A stretch of 64,000 nucleotides of DNA from Rubripirellula sp. (GCA_965216875.1 OZ244207.1:1664001-1728000); one strand, 5' to 3'; positions 38,803 through 49,211 are shown, numbered from the stretch's first letter. Numbers and translations are program-made. Notes: generated by a model from the letters alone, not told the origin.

Positions 38803-39549
38803 GTGGGAAGGATTCTTTGCGTGGTGAACCAGAAAGGCGGAGTGGGCAAGACGACCACTGCAGTCAACCTTTCTGCCGCATTGTCGCTAGCAGGGGAAAG
38901 AACCTTGCTGGTTGATATGGACCCGCAATGCAATGCCACCACTGCTCTTGGAGTCGAGCCGAGTGACGGGCACGCCTTGGTCAATGAAATGCCGCTTGCT
39001 GAACACATCGTCGAAACGGAGCTCGATCGCCTGTCGATTGTTCCGGGCAGTCGAAGTTTTCACGATGTCGACAAACTGGCAACCGCAGGCAGTGACCAGG
39101 CAACCCGCGTACGAGAACATTTTGATTCGGTGATCGACGACTACCATTTCGTCCTGATTGACTGCCCGCCAAGTGTGGGTGCGTTGACCCAATCGGCTTT
39201 GGCGGCCAGCACCGAAGTCCTGATGCCCATCCAGTGCGAGTACTTCGCAATGGAAGGGCTGACCCAACTGATTCACACCATTAAAAAGGTCATTGTTTCT
39301 TCTGACCGAAGACTGACCTTTGGCGGGATCCTACTGACCATGTACGATCCCTACTTAGAACTCACACGCGAAGTTGACGAGGAAGTAAGAGACTTCTTTG
39401 GCGACATCGTTTTTGACTGTGTCGTGCCACGGGATGTTTCGCTTTGCGAGGCTCCAAGCCACGGCAAATCCGTGTTTGAGTACGCACCGCGATCACGCGG
39501 CGCGTTCGCCTATACCCAGCTGTGCATGGAGGTGCTTCAGCGTGACTAG
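38803..39549 (+). CDS. parA: ParA/Soj partitioning ATPase
   Basis: NQKGGVGKTT, VDMDPQCNAT, IDCPP, PIQCEYFAMEGL, EAPSHG. Confidence 0.95.
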   Translation: MGRILCVVNQKGGVGKTTTAVNLSAALSLAGERTLLVDMDPQCNATTALGVEPSDGHALVNEMPLAEHIVETELDRLSIVPGSRSFHDVDKLATAGSDQATRVREHFDSVIDDYHFVLIDCPPSVGALTQSALAASTEVLMPIQCEYFAMEGLTQLIHTIKKVIVSSDRRLTFGGILLTMYDPYLELTREVDEEVRDFFGDIVFDCVVPRDVSLCEAPSHGKSVFEYAPRSRGAFAYTQLCMEVLQRD

Positions 39550-40495
39550 TGCAACGACCAAGGACCGACGTTTGGGAAAAGGGCTGGCTGCCCTTTTGGG
39601 AACACCCGTCGACGAGGACGGCAATCCCATTCCTGACGCCGAAGGGAATCGCGGCATCGAAACGCTCGAGTTGGCCGTCGACCAAATCGAAAATAACCCG
39701 TTCCAGCCGCGTCGCGAATTCAATCCCGAAGAAATCGCGTCGCTCGCCGAGAGCCTGAAAAACCATCAGCAACTGCAGCCTATTTTGGTTCGCATCGTCG
39801 ATGGCAAGTACCAGCTGATCAGTGGCGAACGGAGACTGCGTGCCACGATCCACGCTGGTCTCAAGACCATTCGCGCGGAAGTCCGAGAAGCCGACGATCG
39901 TTTGGTTGCCGAGTTGGCGATCATCGAGAACTTGCAACGCAAGGACTTGAATCCGATCGAAAAGGCGATGTCCTTCAAACGGTACATCGAAGAACATAAG
40001 TGCAAGCAGGACGACTTGGCTCGCCGGCTGAGTATCGATCGCAGCACGATTGCAAACCTCATGCGCCTACTAGAGCTGCCCCAGCAAATCCTCGATTGGT
40101 TGACCGCGGGCGAGGTCAGCGCTGGCCACGCGCGAGCCTTGCTGCCGATCGGAGACGAGGAAGTGCAGGTTCGAACGGCGCAAAAAATCATGGAAGAACG
40201 GTGGAGCGTTCGAGCGACGGAATCGCATGTCGCCGAGATGCTAAAGGCCGAAGAAGACACCGAGACCGGAAAGAAGATCATCAACGCGACGCGTCAGAAG
40301 CGTCGCCAGATCTCGCCGCAAATCGAAGCGATGCAGCAAGAGATGCGGATGGTTTTCGGGACCAAGGTCGAAATCAAGAGCTCGGCTCGAGGACGTGGAA
40401 AGATCACGATCCACTTTACCGACCCAGACGAATTCGATCGTCTTCGTTCGATCTTGTCGGACGCCGGTCGCCCACAACTGAAGATTGCTGGCTAG
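39542..40495 (+). CDS. parB: ParB/Spo0J partitioning protein
   Basis: RLGKGLAALL, NPFQPRREF, GERRLRA, IENLQRKDLNPIE, HTH; overlaps parA. Confidence 0.95.
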   Translation: MTSATTKDRRLGKGLAALLGTPVDEDGNPIPDAEGNRGIETLELAVDQIENNPFQPRREFNPEEIASLAESLKNHQQLQPILVRIVDGKYQLISGERRLRATIHAGLKTIRAEVREADDRLVAELAIIENLQRKDLNPIEKAMSFKRYIEEHKCKQDDLARRLSIDRSTIANLMRLLELPQQILDWLTAGEVSAGHARALLPIGDEEVQVRTAQKIMEERWSVRATESHVAEMLKAEEDTETGKKIINATRQKRRQISPQIEAMQQEMRMVFGTKVEIKSSARGRGKITIHFTDPDEFDRLRSILSDAGRPQLKIAG

Positions 40496-40603
40496 TCATT
40501 TCCTAGTACAGCTTTGTTTCACAGGTCGCGTTTCACGTGGCCTGTTTTTTTATGCGCCGAGGGGAGGGTTGGGCTTGCGCGGGCGGCAAGGCCATTCTCT
40601 TCT

Positions 40604-40680
40604 GTAGCTACGCTCGCCAGAGCGTGGGGCGATGGCATGCGTCGGGGCAGCACAGACCACCTTCTGGCGAAGGTAGCTAC
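40604..40680. repeat. inverted GTAG family A REP pair
   Basis: GTAGCTACGCTCGCCAGAGCGTGG...CCACCTTCTGGCGAAGGTAGCTAC. Confidence 0.88.
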
Positions 40681-40750
40681 AGTGTGCGAGGACCCGAGCG
40701 CGTTTGCCTCCGATGGTGAGATTTGCAGGGGACCACTACGATGGTTCGCC

Positions 40751-42061
40751 ATGTTCCGTCTCTTTGGCAATCCCCGACCTCCGCTCTCGACCTTCCAGCG
40801 GCTCGACATCGAGCTGTTGCTGCGCAAGTCGATTGACGTTTGGGGGGCCGATCGAGTGAGATCGGTTGAACTCGTGGGCTCTATCGATGAGCTTCCGATC
40901 GACAAGTCTTCGCCAGCGACGATTGCCGATTCGTCGTCGCAGATTGTTGCCGAGTGGTTTGACTTGGCTCGCAGCCCGTTGCCTGTTTCGATCAAGGAAT
41001 GGCAGGAGCTCGGCTACAATTCGGTCTACAAGGATTCGGAGGGTGAACCGTCGATCGTGTTGGCCGACACCATCGCCCGCGATCCGCTCCGTGCAGTGAT
41101 CGAAACGGCCTATCAATATTCGTTGCACTATTGGAAAGGTCAGGCGAGTGATTCGCCGCTCGATACCGATCCACGGACCACCAATTTGCTGCCGATCTGT
41201 TTGGGGCTTGGGATCCTCGCCAGCGACGCAAGTCTGTACGACGAGCAGTGGAAGCAGGCTGGTTTCCAAGGTTGGAGCGTGTCGCGCTCGGGCTACTACA
41301 ACACGGTCGAGCTGGGGTATGTGCTCGCGTTGTTTGCGCGTTTTCGAGGCGAGTCTTCTCCCGCTTGGTTCCGCAATCTTCGACTTGATTCGAAGGTCAC
41401 TGCCAAGAAGGCCCAGCAGTATTTTGCTGACCATGAAAAGCAGGGCCACCAACTGCTGTTTGACGCTGACAAGATTCCGCGTTCCGACATGGAGCCCGGG
41501 CAGCTTGCGAACTGGCTCGCAGGGGATGATCCGGCGTTTGCGTTGGCGGCGGCATTTGCGCTCGTCAAGCAGGATGAGTTCCCGCCGCTTGTGATTGACG
41601 CCGCGCTCAAGGCGACGAATCGAAACGACCCCGATCTAACTCCCGTCGCCGTTCGGTTACTTGCCGGTGCTCGTCATGACAGCGAAGAAGTTGCTCAGCG
41701 CGTCCGCGGGTTCATTCGAAAAGGGACGCCAGCCACGTCGGTTGCAGCTGTAGAAACCGCGCACGCGATTGGCTTGGACCTGAATCCCTTTCAAAATCGG
41801 ATCTCTCATCTTCTCGATGCAAACGCCGATGACGCGTACGGTCTGTTAAAGGTGATCGGCGATCAAGGTTCCAAGTTTGGCAAGTTTGACATTCAGATTT
41901 GCCACCACATTGTCGAGGCGATCCGTTTGCTCGATGAAGATCTGGTGAAGGCAAATATCGATTGCCTACGGCGCGTAAGTGAAGATCCCGAGGCGACCCT
42001 GCGCAAGAATGTGCGCAACGCCGAGCTGCTAAGCGAAGCCCTCGACGCGCTGCGCGCCTAG
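40751..42061 (+). CDS. hypothetical protein with a degenerate peptidase-like N-terminus and HEAT/ARM-like C-terminus
   Basis: Long ORF with helical repeats at the C-terminus; start reassigned to ATG 40751 because the upstream part reads through a REP. Confidence 0.65.
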   Translation: MFRLFGNPRPPLSTFQRLDIELLLRKSIDVWGADRVRSVELVGSIDELPIDKSSPATIADSSSQIVAEWFDLARSPLPVSIKEWQELGYNSVYKDSEGEPSIVLADTIARDPLRAVIETAYQYSLHYWKGQASDSPLDTDPRTTNLLPICLGLGILASDASLYDEQWKQAGFQGWSVSRSGYYNTVELGYVLALFARFRGESSPAWFRNLRLDSKVTAKKAQQYFADHEKQGHQLLFDADKIPRSDMEPGQLANWLAGDDPAFALAAAFALVKQDEFPPLVIDAALKATNRNDPDLTPVAVRLLAGARHDSEEVAQRVRGFIRKGTPATSVAAVETAHAIGLDLNPFQNRISHLLDANADDAYGLLKVIGDQGSKFGKFDIQICHHIVEAIRLLDEDLVKANIDCLRRVSEDPEATLRKNVRNAELLSEALDALRA

Positions 42062-42124
42062 GGCGACTCAGCCGAAAAGCCCATGCGTAGTGGACGAGGC
42101 TACGAGTCGCCTCTACCAACAACC

Positions 42125-42150
42125 ACCCTCCCGCTTGCGGGAGGGTTTTC
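42125..42150. terminator. repeat-derived hairpin between convergent genes
   Basis: ACCCTCCCGC-TT-GCGGGAGGGT followed by TTTCTT; this is the core of family B. Confidence 0.55.
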
Positions 42151-42161
42151 TTAATAGACGG

Positions 42162-42572
42162 CTACCAGAGAGGTCGGCGTGTTTTGGGGAATCCCCAGCT
42201 TTCCGCTAAAGCGTCGGCAGCCTTTTCGCGATCAGTAATGTCGCCCCAACCGCCATTTCGCAAAAAGGCGTGAGCGAGTTCATGTGCGATCACATAGAAC
42301 GCGAAAGCTTCATCGCAGGTTGCGAGTTTCGGCCGTAGGATCACACAGCGACTCGCACTTCCGTCCGGCTTGGGTAGGGACATGTAGAGTGTGAAACCGC
42401 GGCCTGGTTCGTAGGTCTCCGGGGCGATGCGAAAGGTCGGGTCGCTCAGGAAGTCCGAACGAACCTCATCGGGAAGCTGCTCAATCACACAAAGGACGCG
42501 CGCACGAAGACGGGGGTCGTTGTCGAGCGATTCGATCTTGCTTGCGAAGAGGAGTTCGATTTCGGCGGCCAT
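42162..42572 (-). CDS. small HExxH zinc-metallopeptidase-like protein
   Basis: VIAHELAH...REKAADALAESWGF. Confidence 0.75.
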   Translation of the reverse strand: MAAEIELLFASKIESLDNDPRLRARVLCVIEQLPDEVRSDFLSDPTFRIAPETYEPGRGFTLYMSLPKPDGSASRCVILRPKLATCDEAFAFYVIAHELAHAFLRNGGWGDITDREKAADALAESWGFPKTRRPLW

Positions 42573-42581
42573 TTCAAATGC

Positions 42582-43226
42582 TCACGCGCCTGGCCAATCG
42601 GGAAGGTCGTCCAGGACCGCATCCCAGGTTTTTGAGTTTCGCAAGACTTCGACCACACTCGGCAATGGCTTGGCAAAAACGCCGGGCACATCACATTCTC
42701 CAGGAAGCTCCGTTGCAAAGGCAAGTTGTTCCTGCGGAGGACAAAACTGGGCATCGACATCTTCGCGATTTCCGCGCGGGTCGACGCGGTACCAACCGAG
42801 GTTTCGCAAATGGACCGCGCAAAGACCGTGCAAGCAGTACGGGGTGTCGGGACCATCGACATGCAATCGTTGGTATGCCAACCCACTGGGAACGCCGCAA
42901 GCGCGAAGGAGCGCACAGAGCAGGTGACTCTTGGCGTAGCAATATCCGGTTCGGTGCTCCAACACTTCCGATGCCGCGCAGGTGACGGGGTTGAGTTTGT
43001 AGTCGCTGCTATGGCGTATCTCGTCGCGCACCCACTCGAAACACCGAAGTGCGGCCGTTTCATCCCCCAGGCCGACGCCACCCAGCTCGAGTGCAAGCGA
43101 CTTGATCGAAGGGTGCCTCCAGTCGATCACGTCGCAAGTACCCAGGAATTCTCGCGGGTCCGCGTCGCCGTCGTCCGAAGCTGCTGTGTGGTGAAATGTC
43201 AACGAAGTCCTCGATTCCGATTGCAA
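42582..43226 (-). CDS. transglutaminase-like family protein
   Basis: FEWVRDEI, GYCYAKSHLLCALLRACGVP, HGL, WYRVDPRG (Cys-His-Asp). Confidence 0.9.
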   Translation of the reverse strand: MQSESRTSLTFHHTAASDDGDADPREFLGTCDVIDWRHPSIKSLALELGGVGLGDETAALRCFEWVRDEIRHSSDYKLNPVTCAASEVLEHRTGYCYAKSHLLCALLRACGVPSGLAYQRLHVDGPDTPYCLHGLCAVHLRNLGWYRVDPRGNREDVDAQFCPPQEQLAFATELPGECDVPGVFAKPLPSVVEVLRNSKTWDAVLDDLPDWPGA

Positions 43227-43372
43227 TGTCTACCCACTAGACGTTGACCCGCCTTGTGGGCCAGATGGCAAGTAGCAGGCTTGAAAAGAAGACGCCGATC
43301 ATCGCGCCGGCAACAGCGCCGATGGCGAGCCCTGTGTTTGACGACGTTGGAGGCTTGGACGGTCGAAGTTGG

Positions 43373-44170
43373 TTATTGAACTTTGAAATCAATCACCCGG
43401 ACTTTGTCGAGAACGGGCGAAAGGATGTCAACGAACTTCATGTGTTCGTCGTGGGGAAGGTAGGCGTTGCGGTCGGCTTCGTTTGCAAAGGTGACGAGGA
43501 AGCAGTGCGTGAAGCCGTCGTCCTTCATTTCGGGGCTGTTGTTGATGCCGAATTCGAAGCCTTTGATCAGATCGATTTTGCCTTTGAGGGCCGCGAACTC
43601 CTGTTCGACCTGCTTGATTTGTTCGGGGGTGGCGTCGTCGTTGAACTTGAAGAAGACGACGTGCTGGATTGCGTCCTCAAGTTCTTCGCTATCCGGCGTC
43701 GCCCAGTAGTCGATCACAAAGACCTTTTTCATTTGGGGGCGTAAAACATCCGCAAACTCGCCGGAGTGGGCTGGATGCGGGATGTAGTCGTCGCGGTCCT
43801 TTTCCGACGCGAAACTGAGGATGAAGCAGTGGGTGAATCCGTCGTCGAATCCTTCGGTGCTATTGTTGGTTCCCCACTCAAACTTGGTGATCGTGTCGAT
43901 CTTCTCTGGCAAGGACGCGAAGGCGTCGGCCACACCTTGGACCTCTTCCTCGCTCGATTCGTCTTTGAATTGGAAAATCACAACGTGTCGCAGCACTTGG
44001 CCGGTGCGATCGACAGGTTCGGTCGCTTCCGTGGTCACGGTGGTCTCCGTCGTTTCGGGGGTCGTTTCGTTGCTGACCGATGTCGTCGATTTGCCGCAAC
44101 CGAAAACGAGCATCAGGCCGACCAGTGTTGTGCCGACCAGTGCGGCGAAAGGCTGGGTGCGAATCATCAT
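43373..44170 (-). CDS. lipoprotein with tandem Dabb (stress-responsive alpha/beta barrel) domains
   Basis: Lipobox VFGC; two copies of HVV.F.F...WG/FG.NNS.E...GFTHCF...Y.PH..H. Confidence 0.88.
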   Translation of the reverse strand: MMIRTQPFAALVGTTLVGLMLVFGCGKSTTSVSNETTPETTETTVTTEATEPVDRTGQVLRHVVIFQFKDESSEEEVQGVADAFASLPEKIDTITKFEWGTNNSTEGFDDGFTHCFILSFASEKDRDDYIPHPAHSGEFADVLRPQMKKVFVIDYWATPDSEELEDAIQHVVFFKFNDDATPEQIKQVEQEFAALKGKIDLIKGFEFGINNSPEMKDDGFTHCFLVTFANEADRNAYLPHDEHMKFVDILSPVLDKVRVIDFKVQ

Positions 44171-44444
44171 TGTGTAAGCCGTCGGTAGGAGGGATGGGGC
44201 AGGAACTAGTTTAGGGGATCGTCCGAGGCAGGGTCAGGTGCCTGGATGGCCCCAACGCTCGCTTGGGCAGACTAATCTCTCAAACCCGCACACTTTTTCC
44301 ACACCGGTTCCCTTCGCTGTCCATTGCCATCGGACACGATTTTTGCCGAGTGAAACAGCAATTGACGCTCAGACGCTTCACCTGTTGCTAGCGCGTGTTT
44401 AACGTACTTGCACCTGTTCGACGACGCTTCTTCTTTCGCGATGG

Positions 44445-45383
44445 ATGCCGATGACCGCTGACGACTCCTTTGAAGTCCCTACTGACACCGAAGACGAAAC
44501 CAAGACTGAAACAACCGAAGAGCCCCAGGCCGAAGCGGCCGCAAGCGAACCTGAATCGCCTACGATCGACGACGTCGCTTTTGAAGATAACGAGGAGCTG
44601 ATCGAGCTCGCTCAACCCTTTGTGGGTCAGTGGAACACGCTGATCTCGAAAACCAACTGGGAAAAGGGCCGGATCATTTCAGAGTGGCGTGCTGCCTTGA
44701 TTGAATCGGGTGCCGACGTGACTCAATACTCGGATGACGCGTGGGCTCGACGCGTCGGCGGGGTCACCGCACCTCACGTCGGTCGTTTGCGTCGCGTCTT
44801 CGATCGATTTGAATCGACTTTCGAGTCGTACGATGGCCTGTTCTGGAGTCACTTCCTTGCCGCGCTCGATTGGGACGACGCCCCCCTTTGGCTCGAAGGG
44901 GCTTCGAAAGAAAGCTGGAGCGTTTCGGGGATGCGCGAGCAGCGCTGGCAGGCACACGGTGCCGTCGATTCCCAACGTCCGACCAACAGCCAGATCGTCG
45001 AAGTGGACACAGACGAAGACGTGACGTTGCCCGCCCAAGGCGGTGGTCGCACCAAAGAATATGGTGACGAACCGAGTGACGTCGCGAGCGGACCACGGCA
45101 CGAAGACCCCGACTTTGGCGACGAAGAAGAACTCTCGTCGATGGGAAGTGCCGCTCCCACCGCAACCGCCGGCAATCCCGTTGCCGAAGCCGAGGACCAA
45201 GAGGTCGCTGCGTCGCCGGTGCAACCCTTCGCGGGGCTGCCGGAACTACCCGATGACTTGGCCGACGCCGTCGAAGCGATCAAGCTCTCGATCTTGCGTC
45301 ACAAGACAGGCGGCTGGGAATCGACTGACGCCGAGACGATTCAAGAGTACCTCGACGCGATCGGCGTCCTGCTGCGAAGCTAG
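44445..45383 (+). CDS. acidic hypothetical protein
   Basis: 312-aa ORF with a Trp-rich folded core and acidic linkers. Confidence 0.7.
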   Translation: MPMTADDSFEVPTDTEDETKTETTEEPQAEAAASEPESPTIDDVAFEDNEELIELAQPFVGQWNTLISKTNWEKGRIISEWRAALIESGADVTQYSDDAWARRVGGVTAPHVGRLRRVFDRFESTFESYDGLFWSHFLAALDWDDAPLWLEGASKESWSVSGMREQRWQAHGAVDSQRPTNSQIVEVDTDEDVTLPAQGGGRTKEYGDEPSDVASGPRHEDPDFGDEEELSSMGSAAPTATAGNPVAEAEDQEVAASPVQPFAGLPELPDDLADAVEAIKLSILRHKTGGWESTDAETIQEYLDAIGVLLRS

Positions 45384-45405
45384 GTTGCCCGCCCGCAAGA
45401 AACCC

Positions 45406-45688
45406 TCGTTCCCACGGTCCCCGTGGGAACGCACTCTTGGGACGCTCCGCGTCCTCCTTGTAGGTCATGCTCCGCACGGCACGCACATCCGCGTGTAAGG
45501 CCCGAAATGTAAGGCCCGACGCTAGCGCGTTCGGCTCACTGGCGCGTTTCAACACTCTCCCAAGGGAGAGCCGGGCTCTAAGGCCCGGAGAGGGTTTGTT
45601 CTTTGCAGACTTTTCCCTCCCCGGACTTTGCGTCCGACCCTCCCGCAAGCGGGAGGGTGATTGTTGGAGCTAGCGCGTTCGGCTCACT
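45406..45688. repeat. composite repeat cluster (families E, C and B)
   Basis: CTCGTTCCCACGGTCCCCGTGGGAACG, GCTAGCGCGTTCGGCTCAC twice, CCCTCCCGCAAGCGGGAGGG. Confidence 0.88.
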
Positions 45689-45868
45689 GCGTCGCGGTGG
45701 CGTTCACTTGGCGACTTATCGGGGCCGATCACTACCGTGTTTCGGCACAACGGTGGGCCTTCGCGATCACATCGATCTGCCTCCAGGGGGCCCCTCGTCA
45801 ATTTTGCTGCGGTTGGCTATTGTCTAGCATCAGCGAGAGACCAACCCCTTTCCCTGTGGTTCACTAAT

Positions 45869-46996
45869 ATGACTCAAGCAAAACTTGCTCTTGAAGACGG
45901 GACTGTCTACACCGGCGAGGCGTTTGGAGCCGAAGGTGAAGTGACCGGCGAGGTGGTATTCAATACCGCCATGACCGGGTACCAAGAAATCCTGACCGAC
46001 CCCAGTTACTGTGGCCAGATCGTCACGATGACGTATCCGGAAATCGGCAACTACGGCGTCAACTCGATCGACGTCGAACACGAAGCCCCCTCACTTTCGG
46101 GCTTCATCGTACGCGAAGAAAGTCGCATCTACAGCAACTACCGTGCTGAAGGCGACCTCAGCAGCTACCTCAAAAAACACAACATCCTGGCGCTTGCGGG
46201 GATCGACACCCGAGCCCTCGTTCGACGGATTCGCACTCAGGGTGCGATGCGCGGAGTGATTTCGACGATCGAGCAGTCGGACGAAAGCCTCATTCAAAAG
46301 GCCAAGGACTCACCAGGCTTGGTCGGGCGTGACCTCGTTCGCGAGGTGATGTCCAAGGAGATTCGCCAATGGGACGAATCACTCGACGAGTGGACCGAGG
46401 CAGAGATTGGAGGAGCCGCAGCGGCCGGTAACGGTGCTCATGTGGTTTGCATCGATTTCGGCATGAAGTGGAACATTCCACGTCACTTCGCCAGTCGGGG
46501 AAATCGGGTCACGATCGTACCGGGTGACTGTTCAGCCGATGATATCCTTGGCTTGGAACCCGATGGGGTCTTCCTTTCCAATGGTCCTGGCGACCCCGAG
46601 CCGCTCGACTACGCTCACAAGACCATCGCATCACTGATTGGCAAAGCACCGATCTTTGGGATCTGTCTCGGCCATCAGTTGTTGTCTTTGGCATGCGGTG
46701 CCAAGACCTTCAAGCTCAAGTTTGGTCACCGCGGCGTCAATCAGCCTGTGCTTGAATTGGCCACCGGCAAGATCGAGATCACCACCCAGAATCATGGTTT
46801 CGCAGTCGAAGAAGACTCGCTTCCTGATTGCCTCGAAGTGACTCATCGAAACCTCAATGATGACACGGTCGCTGGTGTTCGCCATCGCAGTGAGAACGCT
46901 TTCGGGGTTCAGTATCACCCCGAAGCTGCATCGGGACCGCACGACAGCCACTATCTGTTCAAGCAATTCCAAGAGCAGATGAAGCTGACGGTCTAA
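45869..46996 (+). CDS. carA: carbamoyl-phosphate synthase small subunit
   Basis: GEVVFNTAMTGYQE, LSNGPGDP, GICLGHQ, QNHGF, QYHPE. Confidence 0.97.
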   Translation: MTQAKLALEDGTVYTGEAFGAEGEVTGEVVFNTAMTGYQEILTDPSYCGQIVTMTYPEIGNYGVNSIDVEHEAPSLSGFIVREESRIYSNYRAEGDLSSYLKKHNILALAGIDTRALVRRIRTQGAMRGVISTIEQSDESLIQKAKDSPGLVGRDLVREVMSKEIRQWDESLDEWTEAEIGGAAAAGNGAHVVCIDFGMKWNIPRHFASRGNRVTIVPGDCSADDILGLEPDGVFLSNGPGDPEPLDYAHKTIASLIGKAPIFGICLGHQLLSLACGAKTFKLKFGHRGVNQPVLELATGKIEITTQNHGFAVEEDSLPDCLEVTHRNLNDDTVAGVRHRSENAFGVQYHPEAASGPHDSHYLFKQFQEQMKLTV

Positions 46997-47009
46997 GGGC
47001 CGGTTTAAC

Positions 47010-47284
47010 GTGAGCCGAACGCGCTTGCGTCGGGCCCCATCAGCAGTAGCTACGCTCGCCAGAGCGTGGTGTTTTAGAGGACGACCTTCTAACGCATTCC
47101 ACCTTCTGGCGAAGGTAGCTACGCAGGTATCACGCTACTTTCGCGGAGCGAAAGGCGACAGACACTGAGCCGAACGCGCTAGCGTCGGGCCTTACACGCG
47201 GATGATCGTGTCATGCGAAGCATGACCTACGGGGAAGACGCGGAGCGTCTGAAGAGTGCGTTCCCACGGAGACCGTGGGAACGA
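47010..47284. repeat. composite repeat cluster (families C, A pair, D, C, E)
   Basis: Recurrent motifs including GCTACTTTCGCGGAGCGAAAGGCGAC and GTTCCCACGGAGACCGTGGGAAC. Confidence 0.88.
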
Positions 47285-47304
47285 GGAACGCGGGGAGGCG
47301 TCGA

Positions 47305-49020
47305 TCAGGTGTCGATCAAATCTTCGGGGGACAAGATCGGGACTTCGTTTTCTTCAGTCTCTTGCTTCTCGCGCCACGCTTCGTTTTTGCGATAGCTTTC
47401 GAGTTCAAGCTCAAGCTGATCGAGTTGGTTGTGTTCTTCCTGTTTGCCAAGCTCGACCGCTTTCTCACTCCATTTGACCGCGTTCTCGAAATCGCCGGTT
47501 TCGGCGTAACCTGCCGCAAGCGTGCTGAGGATGTGAGCTTCCTTGAACTCCGTCAATTCAGCTGCTTTCTGACCCAATTCAAGCGCCCGTTTGCCGTCGC
47601 GAACAGAATCGTTGGGTGAGGTCGACAGGACCCATGCAAGGTTGTTGAGGATGCCAGCCAAGTCGACGGCGTCTTTCCTTGCTTCGTCGTTGAAGTCTTC
47701 GACGGTCTTGATGGCACGTTCGTAATCGGAAATCGCCTTCTGGTGGTCGCCAACACTCAACAGGGCGTCACCCCGCGATCGCAGCACGTTCGGGTTGTTC
47801 GGGTTGCGATCGAGCATTGAGGAATAGACATCGATCGCTTTCCTTGGACGTTCGTCGCGAAGATAAAGATTCGCAAGCTGGATGCTCCGCGCCTCGTTGT
47901 TGGGGTCTCGTGAAACGAGCAGGTTCATGTCGTTGATGGCGTCTGCCATGCGACCTTCTTCGACCGCGATCAGGCAACGCACAAAGATCGCTTGGTCGCC
48001 ATTTCCGATGTTCGGATCGAGTTTGATCGCTTCTCGTAGATCGCGTTTGGCCGACTTGATGTCTTCGCGGAAAAGGGAGATCTCGGCTCGCTGAAGCAGC
48101 GAATGAGAGTCCTTGGGTTGCAGTGCCAGCGCCTTGTTCAGGTCGCCCAGAGCCTCTTCCTCTTTGCCTTCCATGCGGTACAGGATCGCTCGCAAGCGAT
48201 ACAAGCCTTCGCTTGGCTTCTTCTCGATTGTCTTGGTCATCAACTCGAGTGCTTCGGGCACATGATTGAGGTCGACCAGCTGACGGACGGCAACTTCAGC
48301 AACGCGCGTGTTGTTGGGGTCTTGAGTGAGGACGTGCTGCAAGTCGGCGACTGCACCATCAACATCGCTGTTCTTCAGGCGTAGAGCCGCACGCGCTTGG
48401 TAGGCCTCGAGATTCGTTGCATCCTTTTCGGCTGCGGCGGTGAGGTCGGCCATCCGACTCTCGTCATCTTCACGCGTTAGTGCGCGAAGCACGTAGGCGG
48501 CGCTTTGTTCGGACGGGTCATCTTCAAGAAGTTCGATTGCCTTGGTGGTTGCTTCTTTGATCGCTTCCATGTCGCCGCCGGGCAGCAGATTCAATCGTGC
48601 GATCAGGAGGTATGCGTCGACCAGGTTGGGGTCGTTGGAAATCGCCTTGTCCAAATTGCTAAGTGCTTCGTCTCGACGGCGCAGCTGTTCGCGGCCACCA
48701 ACGGTCAGCATCGATCCGGCAATCTGTTTGGCTCGCTGAAGCCGGACGCTTCCGAGCATCTTCTTGGCGAACGAACTGTTCTCGTCGTCGAGTCCCTTCT
48801 TGATTGCGGATTCCAATAACGCCGCCACCGATTCGAGTTGATCTAGCGACTTGGCGTCGATTCGTTGAATCACTGCCGAATCAAGGTCGGCTTGGCCCTC
48901 GTTGGACGATTCGGTTTTTTCGGCTGCTTCCGAGTCAGCCTGTTGTGCAAACAGGACAGGGGCGGGGGCAAGCAGCAGGCAGGCGACCACTGCGGATGGA
49001 AGGATTTTGGCGACACGCAT
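47305..49020 (-). CDS. secreted tetratricopeptide-repeat protein
   Basis: Signal peptide; multiple TPRs; LNNLAWVLST..RDG..ALELG..A.ELT C-terminal module. Confidence 0.9.
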   Translation of the reverse strand: MRVAKILPSAVVACLLLAPAPVLFAQQADSEAAEKTESSNEGQADLDSAVIQRIDAKSLDQLESVAALLESAIKKGLDDENSSFAKKMLGSVRLQRAKQIAGSMLTVGGREQLRRRDEALSNLDKAISNDPNLVDAYLLIARLNLLPGGDMEAIKEATTKAIELLEDDPSEQSAAYVLRALTREDDESRMADLTAAAEKDATNLEAYQARAALRLKNSDVDGAVADLQHVLTQDPNNTRVAEVAVRQLVDLNHVPEALELMTKTIEKKPSEGLYRLRAILYRMEGKEEEALGDLNKALALQPKDSHSLLQRAEISLFREDIKSAKRDLREAIKLDPNIGNGDQAIFVRCLIAVEEGRMADAINDMNLLVSRDPNNEARSIQLANLYLRDERPRKAIDVYSSMLDRNPNNPNVLRSRGDALLSVGDHQKAISDYERAIKTVEDFNDEARKDAVDLAGILNNLAWVLSTSPNDSVRDGKRALELGQKAAELTEFKEAHILSTLAAGYAETGDFENAVKWSEKAVELGKQEEHNQLDQLELELESYRKNEAWREKQETEENEVPILSPEDLIDT

Positions 49021-49211
49021 GGGTTGAACTCGTTGCGGTAGAAGGCTTCCGTGTTGGGCAGGCTCTCACATCCGCGTCCATACGTACGGGAGCCAAGGGT
49101 GGATCGGCCTGAACCGAACACCGTCGTCTATTATGACGATAGCGGTTGGAAAAGCGTAGATGAGTTCAGCGAGGGCTGAGAAGACGCAAAAACCGGGAAA
49201 TCACACGATCG

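Noticed and set aside
40514..40750. N-terminal extensions given by the ORF track (also 5216, 18386, 37541, 45737, 60251)
   Set aside because: They read through repeats or intergenic DNA; downstream starts fit the family N-termini better.
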